DNA of 64,000 bases from Octopus sinensis (GCF_006345805.1 NC_043008.1:46500001-46564000), one strand, 5' to 3'. Shown: positions 37,675-52,077, numbered from the stretch's first letter. The notes: generated from the sequence alone by a model not told the origin. Numbers and translations: made by a program.

Positions 37675-39615
37675 TTGCGCACATTTTATTTACAAATTTC
37701 CAAAATGTCTTTGAAAAGAGCAGTTGGCTCTTCTCTCCTTGTAGCATCACACCCTCCACACGAAAAAATGTCATTAGCGGCTCCAAACCTCCCATTTCGC
37801 GCCTTAAAAGGCAAAGAAGACTCTTCGATGGAACATGTCGTTCCAAAAAAGAATGAAAATGAAAACGAAGGTGTCACTTTTGACGTCTTCGAAGATTTCC
37901 CTCCTCTTCCCTCTACAAGCGTCCCAGTAGTGGAAAAGGACGGAAAGAGGACCGTTGCAAAGAAAAAGCAACAAAATGGCGTCGCCTTTGACGTCAATCA
38001 AAATTTTGTTTCTCTTCCTTCCATTGGTGCAACAGTACCGGAAGGAGAAGAAAAGAAAATAACAAGCAGCATCACCGACAACACCACCAGCAACAACACA
38101 ACGAGTCACCATAGCAATTTTGCCTCCATCACAAAGGAAAACTCAGAGCAAAATCAAATTACAATTGACCAAATAAAATCTGCAAAGGAGTTGTTGAGAA
38201 AAGAGGGAAACTGTTTTCCTCAATACACCTCAACAACTCATAAACGAAACAAACAAAAACACAATAATATACAAAATTTTCGATCAGAAAAACAAAAAAA
38301 TTACAAACGCACCACCCCAACAATTGGAATTAGCTCTAAAACCCATATGGGCCAAAAAGAGCTATGTCACAAGAGGGAAGCGTTAGGGGACCATGGAGGT
38401 TCGCTTCCCAACGGAAGAGGATGCAAGGGCGCATGCCATTTCGCCCTTGAAAAATAAAAATTTGTTTCTGGTGCCCTCATACCTCGGGCGGAGAGTGCAA
38501 AAAATAAAAATAGACACTATACCCCCCAACTCAGTATATCATGGCTGGTGGCGGCTGTCCTCTATGACATAAAGGACACTGCCACTATTCTAGATGTACG
38601 AAGGGGGAGAGAGAAGAACTAGTCAGGTATGGGTGTTCAACTGCTGGTACAAATCCAGCAGGAAAACATTAATGCCATACCCGACTCTGTCAATTTACCG
38701 GACGGAACCAAGCTGCACGTTACTGTAGAGAGGCGAAAGCCAAAATGTTACCTCTGCAGTAGCGAAAACAACCTTAAGAAGGGACTGCTCCATTCACAAA
38801 AAAAGAGGCAGCAGCAGCAGCAGCAACAACAACAACAACGACAACAACAACAGCAAGATACACCAAAGACTGCCACACCACCAACACCATCACCACCACC
38901 ACGACGAACGACACCACCTCCAACAACAACCACCAAACCAACACCAACCCCATCACCAAGAAAAACAACAACAAAAACACAAGAAGAAGATACACCAAAA
39001 CCATCACCATCACCAAAAGACACAGCAACACCACCGCTACCAGCAGAACCAACAAAAAAATTTCGCCCTGCTGAAGAAGCAGACCCGACAGCCATCCCCT
39101 TTCCGGATCAGGACAACTCGGATTGTGCGAGCACTGATACCGAGAAAAGGGAATGGCACACAGTGCCTCCAAAGCAGAAAAGGAGGAAAAAACAAAAGGA
39201 CACACAGGGGAAGCACGAACAAATTGTGCTTCCCAACATCAACAACAACAACACACACTCACAACAACAAACAACAACACTTTCGGCACCACTACTGCCA
39301 CTGCCACACACACCAACACACACAGACACGATTACAGCAATAAACACAAAAAATGAAAAACTCGTTTCATATATAAAAGACAACACAAGCACAAACATTA
39401 CAGATTTCATAATGTCTACACACAACACACCACCAGCACACATTCACACCATTAAAATTAACCAAAAGACATACAGTGACATAAAACAGGAATTCCCTAA
39501 CGATGTCGGATCGCTAGGGAGAAGTTTCTCAAAGAAACATTATAAAAATATTATGGAATCACGCATGCAAACGCACAAGAGAGCCACTCCCACCACCACC
39601 AACAACAGTAAGTAG
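37675..39615 (+). pseudogene. Disrupted LINE ORF1 (gag-like, with poly-Gln and Pro/Thr-rich tail)
   Basis: ORFs 37675-38457 and 38629-39615, including LPDGTKLHVTVERRKPKCYLC. Confidence 0.6.
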
Positions 39616-39653
39616 AGCCCTTTTCTCCTTTTTTTCTGTCACCTTTTGAAATA

Positions 39654-40391
39654 TGGCAAAACTTAGAATTTTTGTTTGAATGTGAGAGGCCCCGGGTCAC
39701 CTTGGAAACAGGGTCACCTGTTAAACGACCTGAGGTTTCATGATGTGGATGTAGCAGCCATCAGTGAAACCAGGCTCTCCGACCCGCAGGGACTCGCAGC
39801 CCTTTTCGGCGGATACGAGATCTCCGTGTCGGCCGGGAGCGTGGTGGTAGTACTGCGGTGTTCTTTCGGAAGGGCCTGAGCTTGAAAATAAGGACAGTCT
39901 TCCTGGATCCAGAAGGTAAGTTGGTGGTCCTCGACTGCTGGCTGCCTACGCTCGGACAGGAGCAGGGCAGTCGGATTATTTCAAACGTCTGGCAGTGCTA
40001 CCGAGGGGCTCTGCCTGTTCGGGATAAACTCTACCGGCACGGAAGTGCCGTCAGCCGGGCCTGCCCGAGGTGTTGCCAGGACGACGAAACCGTTCTGCAC
40101 GCACTTGTCCAGTGCCCGAGTATTGCTGAACTATGGGTTTATGTCGAACAGCTACTGTCACGTATAGGACGGCTCTGGCTATCAGCTGAATCCATAGTGA
40201 AGATTGCCCCGCCGACCTCCTTTAACACTTTCCTCTTTGGTCAAGACCTCATCAACTTTTTCAAGTTTCACTTGAAAAGGAAGATGAGGTTAGAGAGGAG
40301 AGTGCTGTCTGATACCAAGTTTTCTGAAAGGTGGGTGAATTGTGCAAGAATGGCCAGTAAAATTGGACCAATTCTGAGGTTTCGCCTGTAA
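39654..40391 (+). pseudogene. LINE ORF2 remnant: APE N-terminus fused to the C-terminal zinc finger, RT deleted
   Basis: NVRG...DVDVAAISETRL..D.EGKLVVLD is followed almost immediately by WQCYRGALPV..CPRC..DETVLHALVQC. Confidence 0.8.
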
Positions 40392-40700
40392 TTGAAAAAG
40401 GTATTATAAAAGGAGGAAGGGGATCTCTACCCCCCTTTTGACCAGGCTCCCGTTGGTTTTTATGGGTTTTTTCCCCCAGGAACCTTTCGTAACGCCTCCC
40501 CCTATTGGGAGTTTTTCGTTGTTATATTATTTGATTGATACACTGTAATTACACGATTTTTTCAAAAACGGACAGAACCCTTTGTAACCTTTCGTCCTGT
40601 TTTGTCCGTTTATGTTTTCTAATCATGTGTCTCAGCCCTTGTGGCCGATAAAAAGAATAAATTATTACTATTATTAATATTATTATTATTATTATTATTA

Positions 40701-40769
<69 letters not shown>

Positions 40770-41559
40770 CATGGCTTCATTAAACCTAGGACCGTGCAAT
40801 CGTTTTTGTCTAAACACAAGGTTTCTATTAAAATCACTCGCCACACCACTGCGCTTCATGATTGTCAATTATATTTTAATATCAAATTAGTTAATAACTA
40901 TGTTTACGGGCAGGATATCAGAAGTCTTTAATTAGTGAATGTCAGATTAATAAAATGAGTTTGATAGCATATTGTGCATTAGAAATGAGACGAGATTTCA
41001 ATAGAAAAATATCGGGAGATCTGTTGCTCTATATTGAACCTAGGTCAACAACGAATTACGAAGAATAGTGTTTCAATTATTTGCAATCACTTGCCTGTAA
41101 AAAGTTGTTCATATTGGAAATGCAGATAATTATACAAACATAGATGCATGAGAGACAAGTTGGGGTTAGAAACTGCGATACCGTCACGATGGCTTCGTAA
41201 ACTTTACACCGAAACGATTTTGAAAATATTAAGATAATATTATGTAAGCAACTTTGAGAGTGTGGTATCTTTTGATGCACAACAAACAAAAAACAATGAG
41301 CTACTGGCAATGTACAGTCTAAATGTATTACTCTCAACCCTGTGGCCTGGTGGAAAGGAAGCACAAACGTTCTCGTTTGTTAAGAATAAACTAAATTGAA
41401 GCAGACTCTGCATATTCCAGCATGAGGTCTCTCACTCCGTTTCTCTTAATTGCTTTATGTTTCCAATTTATTCCCTTGTACTCTTGCAGAAGACACCCGA
41501 GACGCTCCGCACACCCAAAGTGCATCCCAAGTAGTATTCAAGGAATTATATTCATCATA

Positions 41560-41910
41560 TACAGGGTGTCATAAAAGTCACTGGTGGGCTTCAATTTTTT
41601 ATAACTTCCTTAACATTTCAAATAAATTTTGCTACAATATAAAGGCCATAATGGAAATTAATATGGCCAATATCAATTAGGTAACATCTCTACATCACAT
41701 ATGAAAAATGACATCGCTTAAATGGCAACTATTTTCGTCCTTGCTCCATAACACCCTCAAGAGTTTCAGACCCCACTTCCTTGATTTCGTTATTGATGTT
41801 CTCCATCCGTTGCACCAGGGTCTACGGTTTGTTGACGTAAAACCTTCCCTCCAGGTATCCCCACAAGGAAAGATCCGAGGTAGTCAAGTCTGGGGAACGT
41901 AATGGAGATT
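41560..41910 (-). mobile_element. Tc1/mariner-superfamily element 3' end (transposase C-terminus and TIR)
   Basis: SPDLTTSDLSLWGYLEGRFYVNKP on the minus strand, and a TA|CAGGGTGTC terminus at 41560. Confidence 0.65.
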
Positions 41911-42214
41911 TGGGTTCATTATTCTTCGGGAGTAGTAAGTGATGTCTCTTGCTAGCCATCACATGTTTTCGTTGGATCTCTCATAGTGTCATTGAATAAC
42001 TGGACTAGCTCTTTGATGCGATCCAGAAATTTAGCATTCTATCATTATCAGGTGATTTTCCCTTATGAACCTTCGTGAGAGTCATTCTTCGGTCTACAAT
42101 TTGTGATGTCCTCCTTTTCTTGTTCTGGTAAATTTTGGTAGGATTTGAAAATTCAAACGTCTTTTAAAGATGTTTATTGACTTAACCGGTTTCACTTAAA
42201 AAAAAAAGATTTTT

Positions 42215-42440
42215 AAAAGTAAAGTACAAGGCATTGTGTAGCCTTTGTGATGTTAAAAGTTAGTTAAAATACAGTGATAGAGTATTTGACAATATTAAGA
42301 AATAGACTTTTTGATTCTATTTCTTAACATTTTCTTATCATTATAATAGACTGTATCACTGTATTTTAACAAATCTATGATAACCATTTTTGATAACACA
42401 ACAAAAGTTACACAAAGCCTTACATTTTACTTTTGAATTT
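42215..42440. mobile_element. Imperfect fold-back (MITE-like) element
   Basis: Nested inverted matches AAAAGTAAA..GTGTA, GTTAAAATACAGTGATA and AAGAAATAG. Confidence 0.6.
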
Positions 42441-42499
42441 TTGGAACTCAGAACATGAGGACAGACGAAATACCGCTAAGCATTTAGCCACATGAACGC

Positions 42500-43330
42500 C
42501 CTTTCGAGGGATAACTTCAAAAATCTTTTAAGTCATAGATTCTGTCACTTTCTTAATAGTAGCAGGTTGGACTGCCTCTGTTGCAACTTTGATGGTTGCC
42601 CATAAATCATCATTCGATACAAATTGGCGTCCATTGGCATAAACTTCATGTTTAATGATGGACCAAAGATTTTCGATAGGGTTGGATTCCGGAGATGCTA
42701 GCAGCCACACTGTCAATGTTTCACCCTGTATGCTGTAATACCCCAGGAATGCTTGGGTGATCCTAACATAGTGTGAGGGAACGTTGTCATGCATGAATTC
42801 GAAATTCCTTAGATGTGACAGAGTTGTTATCATCCAGCAAGAGATCTAAGATCTTCTTCAAGAGATTGCAGTAGGCAACTGCAATCACTTTAACCCCTCC
42901 AAGCACCCTGACTGGACTAACAAGTCCCAAATGAAACCAACCCACAACATGACTCATCCATCTTATGTTTGGCTTCCTAAACGTTGGTGACGTTCATCTC
43001 CAAAATAGACACAACCAGTTTCCCAACCGTCAATTTCGGCAAAAGTCACCCTGGTTTCGTCAGTGAACAGAACTCAGCTCACGTCTAAAGTCATGTACAT
43101 TTGGACCCATTGAAGTCTCAAACTCCTGTGACGGGGCTTTAAAGGAGGCAGTTTTAGGGTTCTTCATAGGGAAGCCATGGTCCCGAGGATGCGATTTCTG
43201 GTGGTTATCGCTACATGAGAAAGACCGCAGGGGTGAAAATGCCTTTGCTTGCTTGTTCAGGTTTCCCACTAAAATTGCAGCCAATATTTCTCAAGTCTCT
43301 AGCTGTCACAGTCTTGGAGGACGCACAACC
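42500..43330 (-). mobile_element. Degenerate Tc1-like (DD..E) transposase remnant
   Basis: VLFTDE..., MHDNVPSH, SPESNPIENLWSIIK. Confidence 0.8.
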
Positions 43331-43684
43331 GAATCCTTCCTTGGCGCTCACGTGACTAAGTAATTAACTATGTCAATAATTTTTACAAAATTATTACGGT
43401 TTTCACTTAAATATATATTCAATGTAAACTTAATACGTATCATTACGTTTCATTTTCTGAAAACCAAAATGTCTAGATGAGTTATATTCATTTAAAAGCT
43501 AGAAATTTGGTTCACCCGAAGACTGAACATTCTGAAATTTAAAAAAAAGTATGTTACACAGTATAATCAAAACATAACAATGGTGTTGCTATAGTGTGCA
43601 AGCAAGCAGGGAAAAGTTTTATCAAAATCGATTTGCGAAAATACGATAAAACTTAAATTTCGCTCTTAAGCTATTGGCGTGTCT

Positions 43685-45072
43685 CTAGTCGTTTACACAG
43701 ACATGCATCATGTAAATAGACACCTTTAATTTTCAAAATCATTTATTTAATACGCAGAGCGAACAATTGAAATGTAGTCAATAGGTAGGACTACATACTT
43801 TAGTATTTAGTTGACATTTCCTTTGCAGTTTTTAATTCAGAAATTCTTTTTGGCATTGAACTGATGAGCTTTGTGATTGTCTCTTGTGATTGTCTCTTGA
43901 TTGTGATTGTGATTGTGATTGTGATTGTGATTGTCTCTTGTGATTGTCTCTTGATTGTGATTGTGATTGTGATTGTCTCTTGTGGAATTTCTGCCCATTT
44001 TCACGCAACAATCGAAACAATTCATCTTTAGATTTAGGTTTCTGTCGAGCTTTTCGTATAGCCCTATCTAATATACTCCCAAAATGTTCAATTGGGTTCA
44101 TGTCAGGAGATTGGCTAAGCCAATGAAGCTTTTTGATCCCATTTTCAGTCAGCCATTGTTGATTCCTTTTCGACGTGTGGCATGGAGACCCATCGTCCAT
44201 GAAAAAGAACTCATTTTTCGTTATGTTATCGTGTGAATACATCGGAAGTAGTCCTTGCTTTAGTATTTCGATGGATTTTTCAGAGTTTATGGTTCCAACA
44301 CATTCGATCAGCTCAGAACGACAATTGCTGGTGACAGCTTCCCATACCATTACAGAGATACTGCCGTGTTTCACAGTTGGTTAGAGTCGTTTCAAATCAA
44401 ATTCTTGATTGGAAAGCCTCCAGACCAAACACGTCCGCTGTCTGAAAATAATGCAAATCTGGATTCATCTGAGAAAATCACTCTATCCCAAAATGAACAG
44501 GATTTTTTTCACGTCTCCTTAGCCCAGTTCTTTCTTTTCATGATAGTAATTGGTTGAAGAAGAAGTTTTCTTCTAGCTGCTCGTCCATAATACTCTACCT
44601 TACGCAGATATGTAACACATTCTTGGACTAACTTCTAGCTGTTCTGCAGTGTCATAAGCCTTCGATCGAGGTTCGTTATCCACAATTCTTTTCAAACTAT
44701 GAAGCTTCCTTTCCGATGGCCCAGGTCGGCCGGGACGAGAATCTGTTGATTCTTTTCCTTGGCTTTTGAATTGCACTATAATTAAACTAACAGTAGCAAG
44801 AGGATTTGAAGATTTTCGGCGATTTTACGCTGGCTAAGACCAGCCTCAGATTGACCAACAATACGACCTCTTTGAAAATCTGACAGTTCTGCTGAATTCT
44901 TTGTGCGTGGCATGGTTACTCTTCGTAAATGTTTACTATAATGTCACCTGGAATGAAAAAGAATAATTACAATGTAAATTCTACACCACTGAAAACATAT
45001 TAAGACACTTCGACCAGAAATTTTGAAAATTGAAGATGTCTATTTACTTCTTGCATGTCTGTGTATAAAGAT
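43685..45072 (-). mobile_element. Degenerate Tc1-like element with partial inverted repeats
   Basis: ORF 43832-44374: KHG..SVMVW, MDDGSPCH, SPDMNPIEH. HTH-region RPGRP near 44720. 43685-43740 is the imperfect reverse complement of 45019-45072. Confidence 0.8.
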
Positions 45073-45140
45073 AGATAGTTTGATTGATAGACATAATGTA
45101 TATATTATGTATGTATGTATGTATTTTATATATAGTATGG

Positions 45141-45237
<97 letters not shown>

Positions 45238-46016
45238 CATATACCATTATATTCTGTATTATGAGGGGTGAATATATATTATTTTACCACGTGATATTCT
45301 TAGGATTATGGTGTTTTTGCAAACTCCTACATGTAGCATTTATTCCAGTATCCATACCTTATTTTTGCATTAATATATACGCTCGCCATTATGCAATAGA
45401 ATTGTATATTCACAAGTCAGTGAAAACAAAGAAATCTTGCTCCCCAGAAAATCAGGCTTGCATTAACGATCCAACCGTATATTGAGGTAAAAAAGAAAAA
45501 TGCGTATGTATTGTATATTTCATGAATATGTATATCATGGATTGAGATATTGGAATTTGTAGTATTACATGAAACATATCTCAGCAAAGTACTCTGCCAA
45601 CTACATCACTAAGAGCACTAAAACAAATTTGAAAATGCCGTGAGACATATTACCCTTACATCAGTTTTATACAATTTAGAGTGATGCTCTCGGAGTTATT
45701 TATATTTCCCGTTTTGATTTTATCCATTTGAATGAATGATTATTCATTTAGCAATCCACTTTGGATTGCCATATCCACAATATGTAACGGCCATGAAATA
45801 TCCATTTATGGATGTCATGAACTTAAAATTCTCGCCTTTCTTCCCGGTGGCCATATAAATAATCTCTGGTGACAAATAAAATCTGCTTCTTTCCAACCAT
45901 AAGCATTCAGAGTAACTACTTTCATACGTTGGCTTTATAACCTATGACATTCAATCTTACAACATATATATCGCTTGCTGGAGATTGCAACACTTAATAT
46001 TATCTAAGCTGTAGAT

Positions 46017-46250
46017 GTGTATCCTAACGGTTATTGTGATATGCTCACGCAGATAAGATCCTTGGTTCGATTCGAAGACCGGATGTTCTGTTGCAAAGAT
46101 GTCACTTTATTTCACGCTGCTCCAGTTACTGATTTAAACATGAGTCCTCGTAGAGTCTTCGTCTCACCAGCTGTTGTACCCTCGATACTCCATTGGATAT
46201 TCCACTCGATGATTTAGGAACGGCAAAAAAGAAATTCACTGTCTGTTATC
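46017..46250 (+). mobile_element. Old SINE (related to 6322-6657)
   Basis: GGTTCGATTC B-box followed by CACTTTATTTCACGCTGCTCCAG. Confidence 0.55.
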
Positions 46251-46719
46251 GTCTATACATGCATCTAAAACAAAATTTGTGCAAACATGGTCCATTGTTC
46301 CAGTAAGTTATGTGTGAATATTGACTGGCAGAGAATAGTTCACGGTATAAATAGAATCCCGACTTTAATGGTGTAAATATAGTGATATCACATATATGAA
46401 ACTGTTTTTGTTTTCTTTCTTATGGTTGGAGCTACACGTGCTTCTGGAAACTATAAATTTCCTCGAGTCTTTGTTCGTAACATTACAACTTTGAGAGCAA
46501 CAACATATTCATCAATCAACATAAATGATAGAAGCTACTAAGCAGGAAGCATACAAGTGGTCAGCCTTACATCCAGATAGAGACTATTTTGTCCATACTG
46601 TCTTATAATGTTTCCTTTTAACTACATTATAGAATGCAGTTGCAGCGGATGAGTATACAATATTTTAGGGTAGGATTTGAGGTTGTAAATATCTAAACTA
46701 AGCTTAACCTTTCTAATGA

Positions 46720-47052
46720 AATGTTTCTGTTGAAGTACTTTGCATTTAATTAAGTTTCAAAGCACGAAAGAGAAATGTGAAATATCTCAAACATCGGGGT
46801 CTGGGAAATAGATTAAAATGAAATGTCGATGGAAGGATTTCAGTTCGATATTTCAAAAATAGAATGATGAGATCACGGACCTCAGGAAGGTGACTGACCG
46901 GTAGGTATGAAAGTGTTCAAATTAAATATCTACTTTATAATTCAGTGTTAGTGTTAGCGGTAAATGTGTTAAAACAAAACACATGTTAACTATGAGAGAT
47001 CCATATGCAGAAAAGTTTGAGTTCAGATTAAGGTCGTGACCCTTAACTTTAG
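46720..47052 (-). repeat. Interspersed repeat, probable DNA-transposon end; second copy at 54337-54670
   Basis: Aligns as the reverse complement of 54337-54670, whose terminus is TA|CAGTTAAGGGTCACGACC. Confidence 0.7.
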
Positions 47053-47389
47053 AAATGTCTTTTATTTATCAACTGATGAGGACAATATGTCCTACATGCC
47101 GGAACTAATATCAATATTTGATATTCTGATATTCACTATTCGCACACACTCTTCTATCGATCTCCCATGATATAATATTGATTTACTTAACATTTACCAC
47201 TTACTCTCTCTCTCTCTCTCCCTCTCTCTCTATGCATATATGTGTGTGTATTTATATATATACATACATACATACATATGCACGTTGCGTTTTATAATAC
47301 TCTCTCAAAATACATATATGCTAATGTCTATGACTTTCTAAAACATGTAAAGCAAAACATGCAAAAGATATGAATATGGATTTAGAAGT

Positions 47390-48739
47390 AAATTCAGGCA
47401 TTCCTGTTTTTTCCACGTAGCCTCGTTAATTATTTTGATATCATAACTTTTGTCCAACTATAGTCTCGGATTTACATTATGTTTAAAGGGACAAATCTTT
47501 TTTTTGTGCCTCGCTTTGCATTTCTGTTGGTAATACTTATTTTCTCGAATTGTTTTCGTTCTACCTTTTTTGTTTCACCCAACAATATGAACTCTTGTGT
47601 CCAATTTTTCCACACAGTTTCTTTTGAAAGGTATTTCTTCACAACTATAACATGGTCTGGGTAATGACTGTTGCTTTTCTTTTCTCCTATCTGTTACTGG
47701 TCGAGAAGGATGTTTATTTGAATAATCTTTTTCAACATTTTCTGCGTCCTGTCGTAGATTTATAATTTCTTTCGCATTCTTCAGCCACTATTCGTAGAGT
47801 CAGTTTCGAACCTTGTTGAAGCTTTGTCAATATTCGAGCCCTTATTTCTGCATCTTTATTTACTGTTAGTCCTTGTACGAAGATTAAACATTTAAACATG
47901 TCCGGGCTTAAATTTCCACATTCTCTAGTTACGAGTTCGGCATACGTATCGAAATTATCCGTTTCTTTTCTTTTTTACTACTCAAATTCACACACTCACA
48001 GCGAATATTAAATTGTGAACTTCTTTCACTGAATATTTTAGATAATAGCTTAATTGATTCCTCGAAATAAATTTCGAATGGTTTTCTCGGCAAGTTGCAA
48101 TTAAAAAACTTTTCATGTTTTACTGGTGATAATTTCCTTAAAGGAAGACGTTTCTTCTTTTCGTCTGTCCACCTTTTGCACTCTTTGAAGATTCCATCTT
48201 ACCTTCTGAAGTACGTAGAAAACGGACTCACTTCTTCCGGATTATACGTGAATTCGTCAATTGGATTAACAACCGCATCTGCCGAAAACGAACTTGAAGT
48301 GGTTTTTGACTGCAACAATAATTCTAACACCTGTTGATTTGTTGTTGTTGCTGTTGTACCTGTACTTGCTGTTTCTGTTGTTCTTGTTGTTGCTGTTGCA
48401 GTTTCCATTGCAACTGAACCACAGAAGGTAATAAGTCTTCCATGCTAAGAAAGTCTACCGGGAGCCTCGAATGTCTCGTCGCCATTGTTGTGTCTCGTCA
48501 ACACTTTGAACTCACTGTATAATTCCAGTTTATAACGTGGACTTAGAAGAAGGTTATAACAATACAAATATAAATCCGAAACAACAAGTAACAAACAGTA
48601 TCTCTTCCCAATGACTTCTACGACTGTCTTCACAAAGCACCTATACACACCACATTGTTTTTCATTGAGAGTGCGCAGGCGCCTTTATACGGCTTAGGAT
48701 AGTTGACTTGCTAACCCACAGGGGTGTCAAGATTTCACC

Positions 48740-48745
<6 letters not shown>
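47390..48745 (-). mobile_element. Ty3/Gypsy (K02A2.6-like) remnant: 5' LTR, PBS, gag, zinc knuckle, protease start
   Basis: LTR 48486-48745 runs TGTTGTG...CACAACA with TATAAA, followed by PBS-like TGGCGACGAG (48475-48484). Gag: EFTYNPE..FSTYFRR and FKCLIFVQGL. Protease-like LD..DIKIINEATWKK.GMP. Confidence 0.85.
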
Positions 48746-48796
<51 letters not shown>

Positions 48797-48797
48797 T

Positions 48798-48853
<56 letters not shown>

Positions 48854-48949
48854 ATATTATATATATATATATATATATATGATATTAGGATTCGGGTGAA
48901 CCAGGCACTTAAGTAGTAAGGAAGCGTGTGGCGTCAAAATTAGAATGCA

Positions 48950-49760
48950 TACACAACTATTATAGACGAAGGCAAACGTTCGTTCCGACGTACAGGCAGA
49001 AAGATATTCAGGTTTTGTATATGATTAATGGAAACCCTCTGAGCATATTACTAGCCCTTGGGATAATCCAGAAATAAACTTTGGTTTAAATATACGGTCC
49101 ATAATACACTTCGGACCACCGAAGATCAGGTTGCGAGAGACGTGATACATAAATGAATATGTGTCAATTCATTGCAGTTGTCTCCAGCGATTTCGTAATT
49201 GTTTAATAGGCACATGACATCAGTTTATAAAACAGTTTTCTTCGGACTGATAGAGAAACCACCGTATTAGAAACATTTAAAAACTCGGCAAATGCATACT
49301 TCGTGATTCTACTATGTACGCTGGTCGTAGAAAGAGTTTGCCAAATCAGATAAGTGGTCTTATAGCAGAGTTGAGCACGACGGGGTAGGGTGTATTTAAC
49401 ATTTATAGTCTTGAAGGCCGTTAGTCGATGTGGTAGTGGGGAAGGGACAGCGAAGCATCTCATCTCCAGAATTAAGAAAGAAATGATCCTGTTCATCTTA
49501 TGCTACAATTCAACCAGAGATATAGGGTTAAATGCGAAAGATGAGGTTGAAAGTTATTGTTATATATTTGATTCTAACAAGGGGTGAAAAAAAAATTAGG
49601 ATTACTAGCATGCTGCAGTAATATTGAAAATTATGATGTAAATAAACATTCCAATGCAACTTATGGTAAGAAGCAGCTGTATTCCTTTGTCATCTCATTT
49701 TCTTATACGGAGACACGCACGCACGCACCCACACATGTACACACACACACACACACACTG
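48950..49760 (+). repeat. Unclassified old interspersed repeat, copy 1
   Basis: Reverse-complement homology to 52410-53090 and 51390-51620. Confidence 0.75.
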
Positions 49761-49774
49761 AGAAACAAACGCAG

Positions 49775-49857
<83 letters not shown>

Positions 49858-51004
49858 TAGGTTAAGTACAAGGTTAGGAATATGTTGTATAGCTTACAAT
49901 GTACTGAGGTGCGGTGTAGAAGCATGATAACTACAAACATTGCAGAGACAGCAGGCAGCATAGGGGGAGGGCATAGGTGAAGACTGGTGAGAGCTTAAAG
50001 AAGAGGGAATCTCATCAGTGCTCCACCAACGTGTTCAAGCAGAACATAGAAGTTCTGTCAATAATATATGAAGCGAAGCCATATACACACACAAACACAC
50101 ATACAGTAACTTCACACACAACCCCAACAATATCAGCAACACGACTAAGAACAATGGCAAAAACAACAATAACAACAACATCTACCACGATGTCAGCAGC
50201 GTGGGTGAACTTACAAACAAAATGAGTTACGAAGTTAGCATAAAATGTCGGGTTGAAGAGCAGGGCAGGGTCAAAGAGATACTAAGAACAATGACAAACA
50301 CACAGGCATACACACATATGCTCACACACACACAAGTTTACATCGACACACACACACAGACGCATGCGCACGTATGGATACACGGGATGGAATGTAAGAA
50401 GAAAAGGATGAAATAAGCAGAGCAAGAGCACACACGAAGATAGAAAGCGTCACTGTGGAGGTCACAGGTGTGTGACGAAGGTTTGTGCACAATGGACAAT
50501 AAGAATTGTAATAAACGTGTGAGGAACAAATTAATAGTAGGTGTGTTTATTTGGCCAAGAACAAAAGAAAACAAAACTAAAAATGACCATCTAAATACAA
50601 TATATATATATATATATATATATATTAAGGTATGTAGAAAAATACAACATGGACAAGAACGTATAACTCTTAGAAGACGATACAATAAACACGGACAGGA
50701 CATTCGAAACCCTCAGTCTTCATATATCATATAACGTGTCTGGAATGAGTCAACAATGCGGAATTGACTATAATAACTGTTATGAGTAAGTTAATTATTC
50801 ATAAAATATGAATAATTAAATTGTTTATAACAATTATTAAAGTCCACTCTGCACTGTTGAGCTATTCCAGGCACGTTACATTGCACAAGCAATACACAAT
50901 GCTTCCAACGAACTACAACACCCTGTCTATATATATACACACACATGTGTGTGTATATCTATGCCTATTTATCTCTCTCTCTCTGATTCTCCCCCTCTCT
51001 CTCC

Positions 51005-51057
<53 letters not shown>

Positions 51058-51151
51058 ATTATATTTGTTTGTAGAAAATAGAAATAAGCGGTCTTTGACT
51101 GCTATTTCTAATTTTTCAGCATGTGGCTAAGCAACCTGTTGCTTGCCCTTT

Positions 51152-51258
<107 letters not shown>

Positions 51259-51389
51259 ATACATATATAGAACTTTTTTAAAAAGTTCCTACCGATAATG
51301 GTTATGTTTGCATACCGAAATCTACCCGGAAATAATTGTTGGTTTTATAATTAATAATTATTTACCCTTATATTATTAATAAATAGTTA

Positions 51390-51931
51390 TATATATATAC
51401 ACGTGTATCTGCGTGCGTGTGTGTGTTCGTGTCTCCATATAAGAAAACGAGATGTCAAAGGCGTATCCGATTATGAACTTCATCACCATACAGCTGCTGC
51501 TGCTGCTTCGACAATAAACTGCATTGGAATGTTTATTAACATCATAATTTCTAATATTACGCTAGTACTCCTACTTTGTTTTTTACTCCTTGCTACGATT
51601 GTTGTGTACATTCATAATATTTTTTTAAATACTTTTTTATATATATATATACTATTTTTCTCTACGTTTGACTATTAATAATCAATAGTTAGATATTAAT
51701 TTTGGTATTTTATTCATATTGTATTTTACTTATGGAGTTTGTGTATTATATTGTCATATCATTCTACGATTATTTCATTACCATTCTTCTTATGCTCCAA
51801 ACATACACGACCCCTGCCATTGTGCTCTTTCTCGTTATTTTGCATTATTTATGTTATCTTACGTCCATTGCACTATTCCTAACCTTCTATAATTAACTTT
51901 ATAATTTGCCATGCGCTTATTATTATTATTA

Positions 51932-51995
<64 letters not shown>

Positions 51996-52000
51996 TATTA

Positions 52001-52077
<77 letters not shown>

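Larger units (their letters stand above)
37481..40660 (+). mobile_element. Tx1/L1-clade LINE with 5' UTR, ORF1 and internally deleted ORF2, flanked by an (ATT)-rich duplication of about 24-27 bp
   Basis: ORF1 pieces with a zinc-knuckle-like CYLC, an APE start and a C-terminal CxxC..H..C. ATTATTACTA(TCA)TTATTAATATTATT occurs at 37454-37480 and 40661-40684. Confidence 0.8.

Noticed and set aside
39913-39922. AAG|GTAAGT splice donor explaining the LINE ORF2 deletion
   Set aside because: APE homology (EGKLVVLD) continues past it, so the breakpoint lies further downstream.
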